DNA from: Eledone cirrhosa
Taxonomy: Eukaryota
Length of the DNA: 64,000 nucleotides
Direction of reading: 5' to 3'
Assembly: GCA_964016885.1 (NCBI GenBank)
Contig: OZ024753.1
Location: forward strand, 33,294,001-33,358,000
Shown: positions 25,559 through 38,021 of the stretch, one piece after another
Layout: each line of letters begins with the position of its first letter
Numbering within the stretch: the stretch's first letter is position 1
Made by a program: the position numbers and the translations under genes
Notes under the pieces: generated by a model
Seen by the model: only the letters and a program-made list of their open reading frames with translations
Database searches by the model: none
What the model was told of the DNA's origin: nothing

Positions 25559-26001
25559 TTAACCCTTTAGCATTTGGATTACTCTATATTTACTATTGTA
25601 TTTTCGCGGTAAAAGATTTATCTCACATAATATCGAATCTATGAGATTTTGATATTATTTATTTTGAGAACAATACCTTAACGTTAGTATGAGCAGCTGG
25701 TTATAGGTCGTTTGAACAGACAGGTGAATAGATTCTGGCTGGATTTGGCCGGTTTAACCCATTTGGCATTTAAACCAGCTGTATCCGGCCAGAATTCTCT
25801 CACCTCTTCCTGTTCAAACCGGCTGTAACCGGCCACTCATACTGATGTCAAGGTATTGTTCTCAAAATAAATGACATCAAAATCTCATATATTCTATATT
25901 CATATATTCATGGTGATGATGAGGTAAAGCCTTTAACATGAAAATACAACAGTAAATATAGAGTAATGTAAATTCTAAAGGGTTAAGTGGTAAAGGCTTA
26001 A
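25559..26001. mobile_element. Two nested piggyBac-type MITEs (inner 25754-25986 inverted within outer 25559-26001)
   Basis: TTAA-CCC(T/A)TT...AAAGGG-TTAA termini; the two bodies are reverse complements of each other. Confidence 0.7.
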
Positions 26002-26561
26002 CTATATGTTAGCAATTTATTGCTTTATGTAAACAAAAAGAAATTCTTTCTGTTGTTTGGAAGGGAAAATAATACTTCTTATGATTCTGAAATGCAAAGT
26101 AGACAAGGATTATCAAAATGAGAAAAAAATGGCTGGTAAAATATATTATTTCCATTGTGTTTGAACTCTATGTTTAAAAGTGTTGATAGAAATGCAATTT
26201 AAATTAATCCATGTTGTAAAAACAGAACTAGTTTCAGCAGGAGCAGAGAATATATATTATTTAGAAGCAGATTTGCAATTGAGTTGGCAATCACCAAGGT
26301 GAATGCAATGATAATACTGCATAAAATGGTTTTTGGAAAAAATGCTGTTCATATTGAATATATATTATGCAAGACATTTTCACAGCATACTTGCAAAAAC
26401 TTTCTAGATCTCATAGAGTGGGAGGATATACTTTCTTATAAGGTTTAAGAAGTTTCTAGCTGAAGGTGTGGAAAGATGTTGAGAATTATGATGGCTGAAC
26501 CAGGTGATATGGTGAGCTTCACATATATGTATGAGTTGTTATCCTGAATGAATAGCTAGAT

Positions 26562-26607
<46 letters not shown>

Positions 26608-26745
26608 TCTTTTAGCTGTTCCAGCCATCTGGCTGAGGCCATGCTGGGGCACCGCTCTTGGGTATATATATATATATAGATATATTAGAGGGGTGTTTCA
26701 AATATGTACTTTAATCCTTCAAACATTAACTAATTGAGCATTCAG

Positions 26746-26811
<66 letters not shown>

Positions 26812-26942
26812 CGGGAAAGACAGATAGATAGATAAATATGTGACTGATAAATGCATAGTGTCTGTGAGAAAGAGAAAGAAAGAAGGGTAAAGTCAATAAA
26901 AGAATGGATGGATAAAAGAAATAAACCCTGTTGAGAGATCAG

Positions 26943-27128
26943 ATAATTGTTTCTACTTTAGGCACAAGGCCAGCAATTACCCAGTGCATTACTGGTACTT
27001 TATTTTATCGACCCCGTAAGGATGAAAGGCAAAGTCAACCTCGGCGGGATTTGAACTCAGATCGTAAAGGGACGTAACTATGCTGGAAAGCATGGCGTCC
27101 GACCCTCTACCGATAGTGCCAATCCACC
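26943..27128 (-). mobile_element. tRNA-derived SINE with gcctttcatcc...ggtcgataaaa core and (ATT)n-type tail
   Basis: Near-identical to the + copy at 35578; A-box-like tggcagtatcggtaga and B-box-like gagttcaaatccc. Confidence 0.8.
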
Positions 27129-27367
27129 GAATAATATAGAAACATACAGTCAAACATACAAGCTTACACAGATATATAGAAAGATAGGCATATATACATG
27201 AGAACATATAAAAATACACAAAGATATACAAACAGATATACTGACATATAGAGAATAGGGACAAGGTAGATTCTTACAATTCTGATGCATAACCTTGAAG
27301 TATGAAAGCTTAACCTAATTGGTTTTTATCTATAAATATTATATTACACACACGCACATATTTACAT

Positions 27368-27448
<81 letters not shown>

Positions 27449-27847
27449 CACACATACAGACATACGTATGCAAACACACACACATATATATTCACATACA
27501 TATGTACACACATACATACATACATATATAAATTGTATTTAATTTCAATCTCCATCCAGTCACAAGTATATAGTTATACACACACAAAGACAAACACTCA
27601 TATACATTTGTATATATAAATAGCATAATAAAAGTATATAAACATGCAATCCACTATATCTCATTTTTTAAAGATATCTTTTCTGCAATTTTGTTTTTGG
27701 TTTCATTCCTTTTCAATCTGATATTAACCACAACGGACAAAAGTTTTTCGCTACATTTCCTTGAATGAAAAATATCCTCTGCTACTAAGATCGAGTTAAA
27801 AGAACCATATATGTATGCATGTGTATATATATATATATACACACATG

Positions 27848-27896
<49 letters not shown>

Positions 27897-28166
27897 TATA
27901 TATACACACACACACACACATATATATATATACACACACACACACACATATATATACATGTATATACATACACACACATATATATAAACACACATATATA
28001 TATACATACACACACACATATATACACACACATAGATATACATACACACACACATATATATACACACACATATATATATACACACACATATACATATATA
28101 TATATATATACACACACATACACGTATATATATACACATATATACACACATACACACACATGTATG

Positions 28167-28197
<31 letters not shown>

Positions 28198-28690
28198 GGT
28201 GGCTGCCAACTCGTTTTCGAGTACGGCCACTACTTTATATCCATGTAGGAGAACCCCTACCGAAGCGCTGAACGAGTGTGACTTTTTAGTCCAGCCAGCG
28301 ACTTGGAAACTCTGGTACAAACACTACACTTGTGACAATTATTGACACATAATGCTGGGCCCATGGTACCATGTGACGACAAGTGCAGAGAGATCTCCAG
28401 ATATAAAGCAATGCCTGTGCCGTGAAGCTTTTATAGTGAGCAAAGGCACTGCACAAAGCCAGTCCCACTCTCTTAACCAAGATGATATTTACCAAAAAGA
28501 AGAACAAGTCAACATCATTGGATACCATCAGGGTTGCAGGTGTTATATCAGAGTTTTCCTTCTCCTAGAATTCTGCCTTGACAAAGGCTAAGGAGTCATC
28601 TCTCCCAGTGATTTTGGATGTCCATTGACTCTTAACAGCTCCTTTGCTCTTTGACAGGTTTTGATTTTAGTCCTGCAGGATGTCCAAAGT
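28198..28690 (-). mobile_element. Possible 5'-UTR remnant of an RTE/RTEX-like LINE
   Basis: Complex, relatively GC-richer insert after a TA tract; gagttttccttctcctaga resembles RTE-type leader sequence (from memory, unverified). Confidence 0.3.
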
Positions 28691-29310
28691 CACCCTCCTC
28701 ACCAAGAAACCATACAGACATATACGCATACATATATAGAGAGAGATATATAGATATGTGTGTGAGTGTGTTTGTGTGTAAAGAGAAGTAAGACTAAGGG
28801 ATGTAATATAGATGAAACATTTTAACCCTTTTGATAATAGCCTGAAAAAAAATACCAATTTTAAAGGATTCCTATTTAAAGTTAAGCCTTCTAACATAAT
28901 TTATATAGAAGCCCTTTGTTAAATTATACCTGAAAAGTATTTTAATAGAAAAACCATTACTAATTTTAACATGTCTCTCCAATTTCTTTATTAATTATTC
29001 AAAATACAGTCTATGTTATTAAAGAAATTGCAAGGAAAGGTTTAACACAGCATTTTAAGCCATATTTAGAAAGCGTAACTGGGATGAAGAAACGAAAAAG
29101 TAAATATAAATGGTGAGAGTTACACTTTAATATCGATATAGTTTTCTTTTCAAACCTTGCTTATAAACTGGAACAAATGTTAAATGAACTGAATAGTGGA
29201 AGCAACAAGGTGAAACTAAAAATAAATATGAAGGAAACATGAATCATGTTCAATGGCCATGCAACAAATAATGTCGTTAATGTCAATCATGATACTAAAA
29301 TAAATAAATA

Positions 29311-29392
29311 TACGGGGTGTCCCCAAAAAATGTATTCCAATATTTATCAGAATGCTGTTGAATATGTATACATTTTGGGGGGACACCCTGTA
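29311..29392. mobile_element. Tc1/mariner-type MITE with TA flanks
   Basis: ta-cggggtgtccccaaaa ... ttttggggggacaccctg-ta. Confidence 0.7.
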
Positions 29393-29694
29393 TATAAATA
29401 TATATGAATATGTGTGTTTGAGTGTGTTTATAGGTATTTTGTGAAGAACCATCAGTTACTCATGCATGATTGTCTCCCTTCCCTACAACCCTGATGTGGC
29501 CTAGCTACAACAACATTTTTTTTTCCAGCTGCATGAACTGGAACCACAGGAAATAAAGTATCTTACTTAAATCTGTTGGCGTTTTGGGGGAGTGGATTTG
29601 TTTGCTTTTGTGTTAGGGCAATTAACAATCATGGAGATATATATATATAAGTTAAGAATAACATGGTTGACAAAACAAACAAGGAAATTTATTT

Positions 29695-29802
29695 ATAGTC
29701 TTACAATTGTTTCCATGGTAGAATTGTCTATAAATTGCTAAATACTGGAGAAGTATAAATCAACTTACAATACATTTAAATTCACCCATTTCCTCAGAGA
29801 CC

Positions 29803-29804
<2 letters not shown>
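29695..29804 (-). ncRNA. Minimal hammerhead with greatly extended stem II (PLE relic 29650-29804)
   Basis: atggtct-CTGAGGA-aatgggtgaatt...aattctaccatg-GAAA-C-AATT-G-TA-agactat. Confidence 0.7.
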
Positions 29805-29850
<46 letters not shown>

Positions 29851-30050
29851 GGTCTCTATATATGTGTGTGTGTGTGAAGACCATTTAACCCTTGCTAGCA
29901 GCGAAAACAGACATTAAATGAATGAATGTATGTGTGTATATATATATATTGGATAACAAGGTATCGTTTAAGGTAATCCAGCTAGAGGTTGTGAGTACTC
30001 TGTGTTGCACAGCCGACCATGTTATTCTTCATTCTTTTATGATATATATA

Positions 30051-30136
30051 TATTTAATATAGAAATGGCTTCTACAAGACTGGAATGAAACAGTTCTAGT
30101 CCAGTAGAAGCCATTTCTATATTAAATATTTATACT

Positions 30137-30174
<38 letters not shown>

Positions 30175-30201
30175 GTGGTTATCCCCAATTGAACCCAGGA
30201 G

Positions 30202-30203
<2 letters not shown>
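30051..30203 (+). mobile_element. Hairpin (30051-30128) + tail PLE relic; relatives at ~17375-17460(-), 34905-35040(+), 60405-60535(-)
   Basis: Shared gaatgaaacagttctagtc...ctatattaaa...tgtggtta; CTGATGA precedes it at 34907. Confidence 0.7.
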
Positions 30204-30247
<44 letters not shown>

Positions 30248-30662
30248 ATAATAATAAATGTGAAGACTAAAATCCAAAGAGGGCTCGATAAGGATAAATA
30301 TATATCAAATATATAAGAACGCTAGAACAAATTCGTTCTACTAATTTATTTACTTTATTCTTAACTCTGAAGCTGAGAATCATAGCGATTTCCTAAATAG
30401 AATATTAGTCTACAACTTCATTTATACCATAAATGTGGTTTTGTCTTTGCGTGTAACTTTCTCATCGCTTTTTTCCGTTCATTGCCAGGGAACATCTTCA
30501 CAAACCAGGGTATCGTCTTCCTGTTTTACTTCGGTTGCAACGTTTTTCGAAATATTTACTTCTGCATTCCCAGATTGACTATTTTAGTTTCAGAAAATCC
30601 CGTTAAGGATTCTTTGCTTAAATTTTAATCTGTTATTTTAATAAATATATATATATATATAT

Positions 30663-30835
30663 ATGTAGAAGTTCTATTTAAATTGTTGGGATACAACAAG
30701 CAAATATTTTTATACCTGATATAAAGCACTCAACAAATTATTGGAGTAAAAATACGATATATTAACAAATGGAAACTATATTTATAAAACCATATTTATA
30801 TCATTATACATATTTCAAGGGCACCAAGTTAAATT
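30663..30835 (-). mobile_element. PLE 3'-end relic (3' half of HHR + tail)
   Basis: Minus strand GAAA-TATGTA-TA; tail motif actccaataatttgttgagtgctt; ends ctacat|TA like the main family. Confidence 0.65.
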
Positions 30836-31215
30836 ATATATATATATACGATAGAATCATAGAATCAGTTTAAAACTAGATAGACCATTGCTCAACAGAG
30901 TACTTGATACTTGGGATAGTAGAGTGTGGCTATAGTATAAAGAGCTGGTGCCCGATGGCTGAGCTCTTGCTGTTTCAACAGTTAGTTCTAGACTATATAT
31001 ATATAATAAAGCTTATTTTCCAACCTCTTCAGTATCCAAACTCTTTCCTGATGAAGGACTAACATCCAATATGTTAAATCTGTTATTATCCTTTTCTAAC
31101 AAGCATGAAACTAATATGACTTCATTTGATTTTATCTCTCTGTACATTTTGAACTATATATATATTGATATAGATATATATATAGATATATATATATAGA
31201 TATAGATATATATAT

Positions 31216-31276
<61 letters not shown>

Positions 31277-31526
31277 TTTTGCGAGGTTGTTGATAGGAAA
31301 TCGTGTGTCAAAACAAATATTGTTATACTTGGGGATGGTCATATTTGTGTAATATTGCCAGAATTAATAACAGAACACACTCACTGTTTGGTTGGTTTTC
31401 GCTTTTCGTTTCTGTGTCTTTTATATCGGTAATCTAATTTATTCGGTCCTCAATGTTGCCATTGACTGACCATCGGTCAAAAATAATACAGATACAATAT
31501 AGACACAAAGACATATATATAGTTTA

Positions 31527-31566
31527 TCAAAGTTCTTTCGTTGCACATCTGCAACATCGTCAGTGG
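31527..31566 (-). ncRNA. Degenerate hammerhead of a further PLE family
   Basis: cca-CTGACGA-t-gttgca gatg tgcaac-GAAA-gaactt; 3' side imperfect. Confidence 0.5.
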
Positions 31567-32065
31567 TGCTATTGTTTCCTCCCATTTCATTGTATTTTCT
31601 ACGCCATCTTTATGTAGTCTGTTTATATATTTATTTATTTGTTTATTTTATTTTGTCTTCTTTGCGCATGCGTTTGCGTGTGTGTATAGTGTTTTGTTTG
31701 ATGCGTGTTCGTGATTGGGTGACTGTGTATTGGTTAATGTATTCTATCTTTACTAGTGTGTGTTTATATGTTTGTTGTTATTGTGCTTGTGTATGTATTT
31801 ATTTATTTATTTATCTATTTATTTATTTATGCTTCTCTTAGGTCAGTGTTGTTTGTTTGGGTGGTGTTGTTATTCCATTCATTCTTTCTGTTTAGCCTTG
31901 GCCTTCTAAGTTCTATTTCACTGGCCTCTCTGATTTGTCTATCGGCTGGGTCATTTCTATGTTTAGATATTATTCTAATTTCTACGTTGTCTATGTTACC
32001 ATCGTGTTGTTGTCTGGCATGTTCGTATAGTACTGAACCGTTTTTTCGTCCTTTTAGTTCCCCCA

Positions 32066-32830
32066 GTGTTGGTCTATCCTTTCACCTATGCAATAGGGGC
32101 TAGTATCAAAACTACCCTAAAGGGCCACATATTCAAGTTCAACGAGAAGATCTACACCCAAATTGAGGGAGCAGCCATTGGCGTCAGCATAGATGGTGAT
32201 GTTGCCAACCTTTTTATGGTATGGTGGGAAAGGAGACTTAAAGATCTCCTTAATGAGAGCTCCATAGACCTCATCATGTACTCTCGTTGCGTAGACGATA
32301 TCAACATAGTTATAAGAACATCCCCACTAGAGAGCACTAACAAGTTTGATTTAGAACGTAGCATAATGGAAAGCATCCAGCAGATAGCTAATTCCATGCA
32401 CCAGAGTATAACTGTAACTATCGACTACCCTTCCAAACACCCTAACAATAGACTACCTGTATTAGACACAGAACTCTGGATTAACACTATAGACGAGAGA
32501 GCCCAAATTCTCCACTCACACTATGCTAAACCCATGGCCTCCAAATACCTGATACTCAAAAACTCAGCAATGTCCAGTAGTGCTAAGTTTAATATTCTGA
32601 TCGCAGATTTGGTACGAGTGATGAAGAATGTGTCCAGCGTGTGCGACCCAACAGAAATGGAAAGACACATCCAACACTTCAACAACCGCATGCAGTTCTC
32701 TGACTACAACCAAAGAGACAGAGTGAGAGTATACGAAGGAGCCATGGAGAAGTATAAGACCCTCATAGAACTGGACATGAAAGGAATTTGCCCATTATAC
32801 AGGAGCAAATCATGGAATAGCTTAGATAGG
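32066..32830 (+). pseudogene. RT fragment of a different PLE clade
   Basis: FKFNEKIYTQIEGAAIG, YSRCVDDI (RYVDD decayed), LPVLD, HYAKPMAS, PLYR. Confidence 0.85.
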
Positions 32831-32907
32831 GCTATGTTACCGTCGTGTTGTTGTCTGGCATGTTCGTATAGTACTGAAACATTTTTTCGTCCTTTTATTA
32901 TCGATTC

Positions 32908-33482
32908 ATACGGGATGTTTGTTTACAAACACACCGAGCATTATAATAAATGTTTGGTGAATCCATACGTACATATATATATATATGTGTGCATGTATGT
33001 ATATATATATACATACTACTGTTAGTCTGTATACATATATGTATGTACGTGTACATACTTATATTTAAGTAACAGCCGTACTAGGAATGGGAAATGAAAT
33101 TTTGTTTCATTTTTTCCGTTTATTGTTTTCGGTGCACCCGGCCGATCAACCCACTCAATATGCAAATTGGGCTACTCAGCCGTTAATATGCATAAGGTAA
33201 GTATATACGTTCAACAATCTGGCAGGAAGGTATACGTTGCTGACGATAGCTAATAAGCTTGAAACTAGTACAGCGTTCCTTTGTCAGTTTTGAACAAACG
33301 AGCAACGATGGTTGCTGGGCACTGCGGCTTAATACGGGATGTTTGTTTACAAACCCACCGAGCATTATAATAAATGTTCGGTGAATCCATACGTACATAT
33401 ATATATGTGTGCATGTATGTATATATATATACATACTACTGTACGTCTGTATACATATATGTATGTACGTGTACATACTTAG
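32908..33482 (+). repeat. ~150-bp direct repeats (32908-33060 and 33332-33482) flanking a ~270-bp spacer
   Basis: atacgggatgtttgtttacaaac...gtacatactta occurs twice. Confidence 0.75.
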
Positions 33483-33539
33483 ATATATATATAGATATAG
33501 ATATATATATAGATATAGATATATAAATATATATATATA

Positions 33540-33903
33540 TATAAAGAAAAAGAGATGAAATCGAAAATGCAACTGGAGTCTTATTTTTTTTTTAAATATA
33601 TATATTTATTTCGTTCCTTTACCGGTTTCGCAGTTCTTCTGCTTTTCAAAAGGTGAGTTGAGATGGAAGGTCTGTGGTTTTTCTCACATCAGATGTGAGA
33701 AAAACCACAGACCCTCCATCTCAACTCACCTTTTGAAAAGCAGAAGAACTGCGAAACCGGTAAAGGAACGAAATAAATATATATATTTTTTTAAAAAATA
33801 AGACTCCAGTTGCATTTTCGATTTCATCTCTTTTTCTTTATACTTTCACTCGTGTAGGACACCTCGGTTATTTTTCATTTTGTAAAAAAAACTTCACTTT
33901 CTA
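33540..33903 (+). mobile_element. Hairpin (~150-bp arms, 33540-33842) + tail PLE relic
   Basis: Centre ctcacatc-a-gatgtgag; same family as 58661-58968. Confidence 0.8.
33729..33766 (+). ncRNA. Minimal hammerhead with U3:A8 core variant (mirror copy 33616-33653, minus)
   Basis: cctt-TTGAAAA-gcag aagaa ctgc-GAAA-CCGG-TA-aagg. Confidence 0.7.
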
Positions 33904-33941
33904 ATATATATATATATATATATAGATATATATAGATATAG

Positions 33942-33976
<35 letters not shown>

Positions 33977-35110
33977 GATATATATATATAGATATATATA
34001 TATATATAGATATATATATATAGATATAGATATATAGAGATATAGATATATAGAGATATAGATATATATATAGAGAGAGAGAGATACAAAAATATACATA
34101 TATGTGTGCATATATGTATATGTTTCAGTCCACTTATTCATTCTCATATAGAAAGCAGGTGGTAATGTTTTTATATGTCCTTCAAAAATGATATGCCTCA
34201 CAGTTAAGTACATCAATTAAATACAGGGATATGCACCATACTTATATAATAAATTATGGGTTAGTATGAAGAATAACCTGCCCGGAGAATAACAGCTTTG
34301 AGAAGCAGATATAATAGTGATGCTTGCATGCATGAGTTTTTTAGCATATATCTATCTATCTATCTATCTATATGTGTATGTGTATAAATATATATATACA
34401 CATATACACATATATATATGTATGCATATATACACATACATACACACCTACACACATATATATATATGTATGCATGTATTTCAGTATGTATGAGTGCATA
34501 CGTAGATAGATTGATAGATAGGTAACTACACAAATACATATAAATTTACGTGCATATAGTCATACATAGATACATACATACATAGCAATTTATCCTCTAG
34601 TAATCGATGAGCCAGAAGGGGAGACAAAAGGGTTCAACAAGGTCAGATTAACAATGGAATATATTTCTCAGCGAATAATGATGAAATCTTTCACAATTTT
34701 TCAATGTTTGATCAAACCAATATCAGATAATCTTATCTTGCAAAATCAATTAACTATGTGGCTTCTTAACACACATACATATTCATTTAAGCATAATTAT
34801 ATACATATGTAGAAGTATATATATACATGTGTGTGTTGTAAATATGGTGTATAGAACTCTTACAAACTTACTAAGTGTAAACTCATATATATATATATAT
34901 ATATTCCTGATGATTTCTAAAGAATGAAACAGTTCTAGTCCTGTAGAATCTCATCTATATTAAAACTGTTATACTCTGCTATGTATTGAGTACCTTACTT
35001 ACTGTGGTTACCTCTGATTCAACCCGGAATAATGTACCTATATATATATATATATATATATAATATTACTTCAAAATATTAATAAATATAGACATTCATG
35101 TGATCAAATA

Positions 35111-35176
35111 TATTTTATTATACATATTTCAGAGATACTGAGCTATTTCAACAGTATGTCCTCATCAGATAAAATA
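35111..35176 (-). ncRNA. Minimal hammerhead, same family as 15184-15250 (relic 35062-35248)
   Basis: tattttat-CTGATGA-ggacatactg..cagtatctct-GAAA-TATGTA-TA-ataaaata. Confidence 0.75.
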
Positions 35177-35242
35177 AGTTGATGCCTGACATACCTTGAC
35201 TATGTTGATGGTTATAATTTAGTCATGGCAGTCTTTTAATCA

Positions 35243-35307
<65 letters not shown>

Positions 35308-35577
35308 ATCACTATATATATCACTATATATATCACTATATATATCACTATTATAAATAATTTCTCAATGCAATTGCTTCTACCTAATGTTTCAAGGCAT
35401 CCTCTAGAATAGGTCATCGTGTGTGTGTGTAGGATGTCGATATATGTGAGAATGAGTATTCAGTACCAAAGTAGGCTTTGAATATACTTTATTATGGGTA
35501 AAGTGATACATCTTGCTACGCTGGAGTTTCACCTGAGTACTCACAGGAGCATCCAATATATTTGTAAGTGTTATTAA

Positions 35578-35763
35578 GTGGATTGGCAGTATCGGTAGAG
35601 GGTCGGACGCCATGCTTTCCAGCATAGTTACGTCCCTTTACGATCTGAGTTCAAATCCCGCCGAGGTTGACTTTGCCTTTCATCCTTACGGGGTCGATAA
35701 AATAAAGTACCAGTAATGCACTGGGTAATTGCTGGCCTTGTGCCTAAAGTAGAAACAGTTATT
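35578..35763 (+). mobile_element. tRNA-derived SINE (same family as 26943)
   Basis: Near-identical sequence; further partial copies at ~12030, ~12300(-), ~19100(-), 23783, ~38770. Confidence 0.8.
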
Positions 35764-36081
35764 AAGTGTTAAACCTTCACACTTGTATATAACACTATTT
35801 CCAAGGTAATTGCTCCAAAATGGACAAAAGTCAGGGATCCTACAACTGTAATTTCATATTACACGATTAGTATTTTGAGGTGTATTGAATTCATTATTGT
35901 AGTTAGATATAGTATTATTTATACTAGACAACCTAAGTGTGTTATCAACATCATTAATATGTTAATTATTGCCGGTTGTACTATTGCTATTATGTTCATT
36001 ATTTAAAAATATAGGAGGGCTATATAATATATATATATATATGTATATATATGTATATATATATAGGAACGAGTAGGAGGG

Positions 36082-36116
<35 letters not shown>

Positions 36117-36131
36117 AACGAGTAGGAGGGC

Positions 36132-36186
<55 letters not shown>

Positions 36187-36275
36187 GGAACGAGTAGGAG
36201 GGCTATATAATATATATATATATATATATATATTCTCTTTTATTTTTATTTTTTATATATATATATATATATATA

Positions 36276-36470
36276 TAGGAACGAGTAGGACCCTGACGGC
36301 TGAGCTCAAGCCGTTTCGACGGCTAATTCTTGACTGAATTAGCCGTCGAAACGACTTGAGCTCAGCCGTCGGGGTCCTACTCGTTCCTAGTACCCACTCT
36401 ACTACCCTAAATATTGAGTACTTTGGTGCATTATGGTCCACCTGCTTCCTTACCACATTTCCTTCGTTAT
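36276..36470 (+). mobile_element. GC-rich hairpin (36276-36389) + tail; probable PLE relic
   Basis: taggaacgagtaggacc.../...ggtcctactcgttccta; tail carries actc..ttgagtact. Confidence 0.7.
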
Positions 36471-36485
36471 ATATATATATATATG

Positions 36486-36644
36486 ATATGTTGATTTAAA
36501 ACTGCACTATCCACAAGTGTTTTTTAGCCTTCATATCATGTTCTGTTTTATCTGATGAAAACACAAATATTATTGCTTGATGACGTATGTTTTTGAAATG
36601 CGCATAATAAAATATATGGAACTCCTTTAACCATCTTTTGATCT

Positions 36645-36652
<8 letters not shown>
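36486..36652 (+). mobile_element. Main-family PLE 3' fragment with intact HHR (36546-36612), ending at site A
   Basis: Matches 10735-10903; ends gatcttatatt|ATATAT. Confidence 0.88.
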
Positions 36653-36697
<45 letters not shown>

Positions 36698-37126
36698 ATG
36701 CAAGCATGGAAGATGGACGTTAAACGATGATGATGATAATGATGATATATACCTATGCACCTTCACTATATACATATATATATATGTGTACACAATATAT
36801 ATATATTTATATAATGACGATGATGAGAACCATTGTGACTATATGACATGTTTAGTTAGGTTCTGCAGATTCTTTGCCATAGTCCTAACGATATTGGATT
36901 TTTTGTGTTCCTATGGAATACAATATTTGACATATAACATTCAAGTATATTACAGGAGTTCAGTTGAAGTAGAATTATAGAGAATGGTGAGGTTGAGTCC
37001 TGTAAACCCCTCCCCCCTACACACTTCTCATTATGTCTAATCTCTGACCTTTCCAATAAGCTGTATAGATATTGATAGATTTGTTTGGAAACCAAACAGG
37101 AATGAATGTTTTGAAATGAGACTATA

Positions 37127-37341
37127 TTAACCCTTTCGTGACCATATTTCTTATGGAAGACAAAGCCTGTGATTTTCCAAATAATTTTGAAAATAATCCA
37201 ACATTTTCGATGTTTTAGATATATAACTAACTTGATCATAAATCTTTATGGAAGGTTTTAAGATAAATACATACACTTTAAAATGGCTTTATATCAGAGA
37301 ACAAGAAGTAGTTTCAGGTGGTTTGGTTTCAAAGGGATTAA
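37127..37341. mobile_element. piggyBac-type MITE
   Basis: ttaaccctttcgtgacca ... tggtttcaaagggattaa. Confidence 0.55.
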
Positions 37342-37599
37342 AAAAGAAAATGGAATTTTCTCTCACATTTTGAAGTATTTACAAAAGAAAGCAGAGGACA
37401 AGGAATTTGGATAACTGTATCTACTAAATGACATTATGACTTGCTAATCAAAAAGTGAAGGGATTTAGCTCAGTTGTTAGAGAATTGGATAGAATATGTT
37501 ATATTTGTTCTATGTTTTTATACTCTGAGCCAAATATCACCAAGGTCAACCTTTCTTTCACCTTTTCATTAGTGTTGTTCTTTGCCCACTTATTCCTGA

Positions 37600-37965
37600 G
37601 AGGGTCATGGGGGCAAAGTTCTCAAGCATGCCTTCCAGTGAACCCTGTCAGTTGGTTTTGCCTATAAAAGCTGTCTAACAAATGTTTTCTTAGACATTCT
37701 GACCACAAGTCCATAGGATCAGAGCTGTGATCTCTCAATTCAGAGGAGTGGCTCTATCTGAAGCAACTCCCTGATCTTCGACCTACAAATTCTATTGAGT
37801 AATGTGACTAAAAAGACCTTTCGAAGGTACCTCATTTTGGCCATTTGTATTCATGATCATATTCATTCAGTAATTACCCAAAATTGATGACCATAGGTAA
37901 AGGCTGGAATGTATAGTGAATTGACAATAGTGAGTTTGGCTTTTACATTTAACTCCCTTCTTCTA
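37600..37965 (-). pseudogene. Old RTE-clade LINE remnant of a different family
   Basis: Manual translation YIPAFTYGHQFWVITE*I*S*IQMAKMRYLRKV. Confidence 0.65.
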
Positions 37966-38021
37966 ATGAAGGAATACTTAAGCTGGTGCAACTGCTCCTT
38001 TTCAGAGTAGAAATATATATT

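Noticed and set aside
36064-36290. CRISPR-like short direct repeats
   Set aside because: Spacers are only TA runs, the context is eukaryotic and there are no cas genes; better explained as junction stutter.
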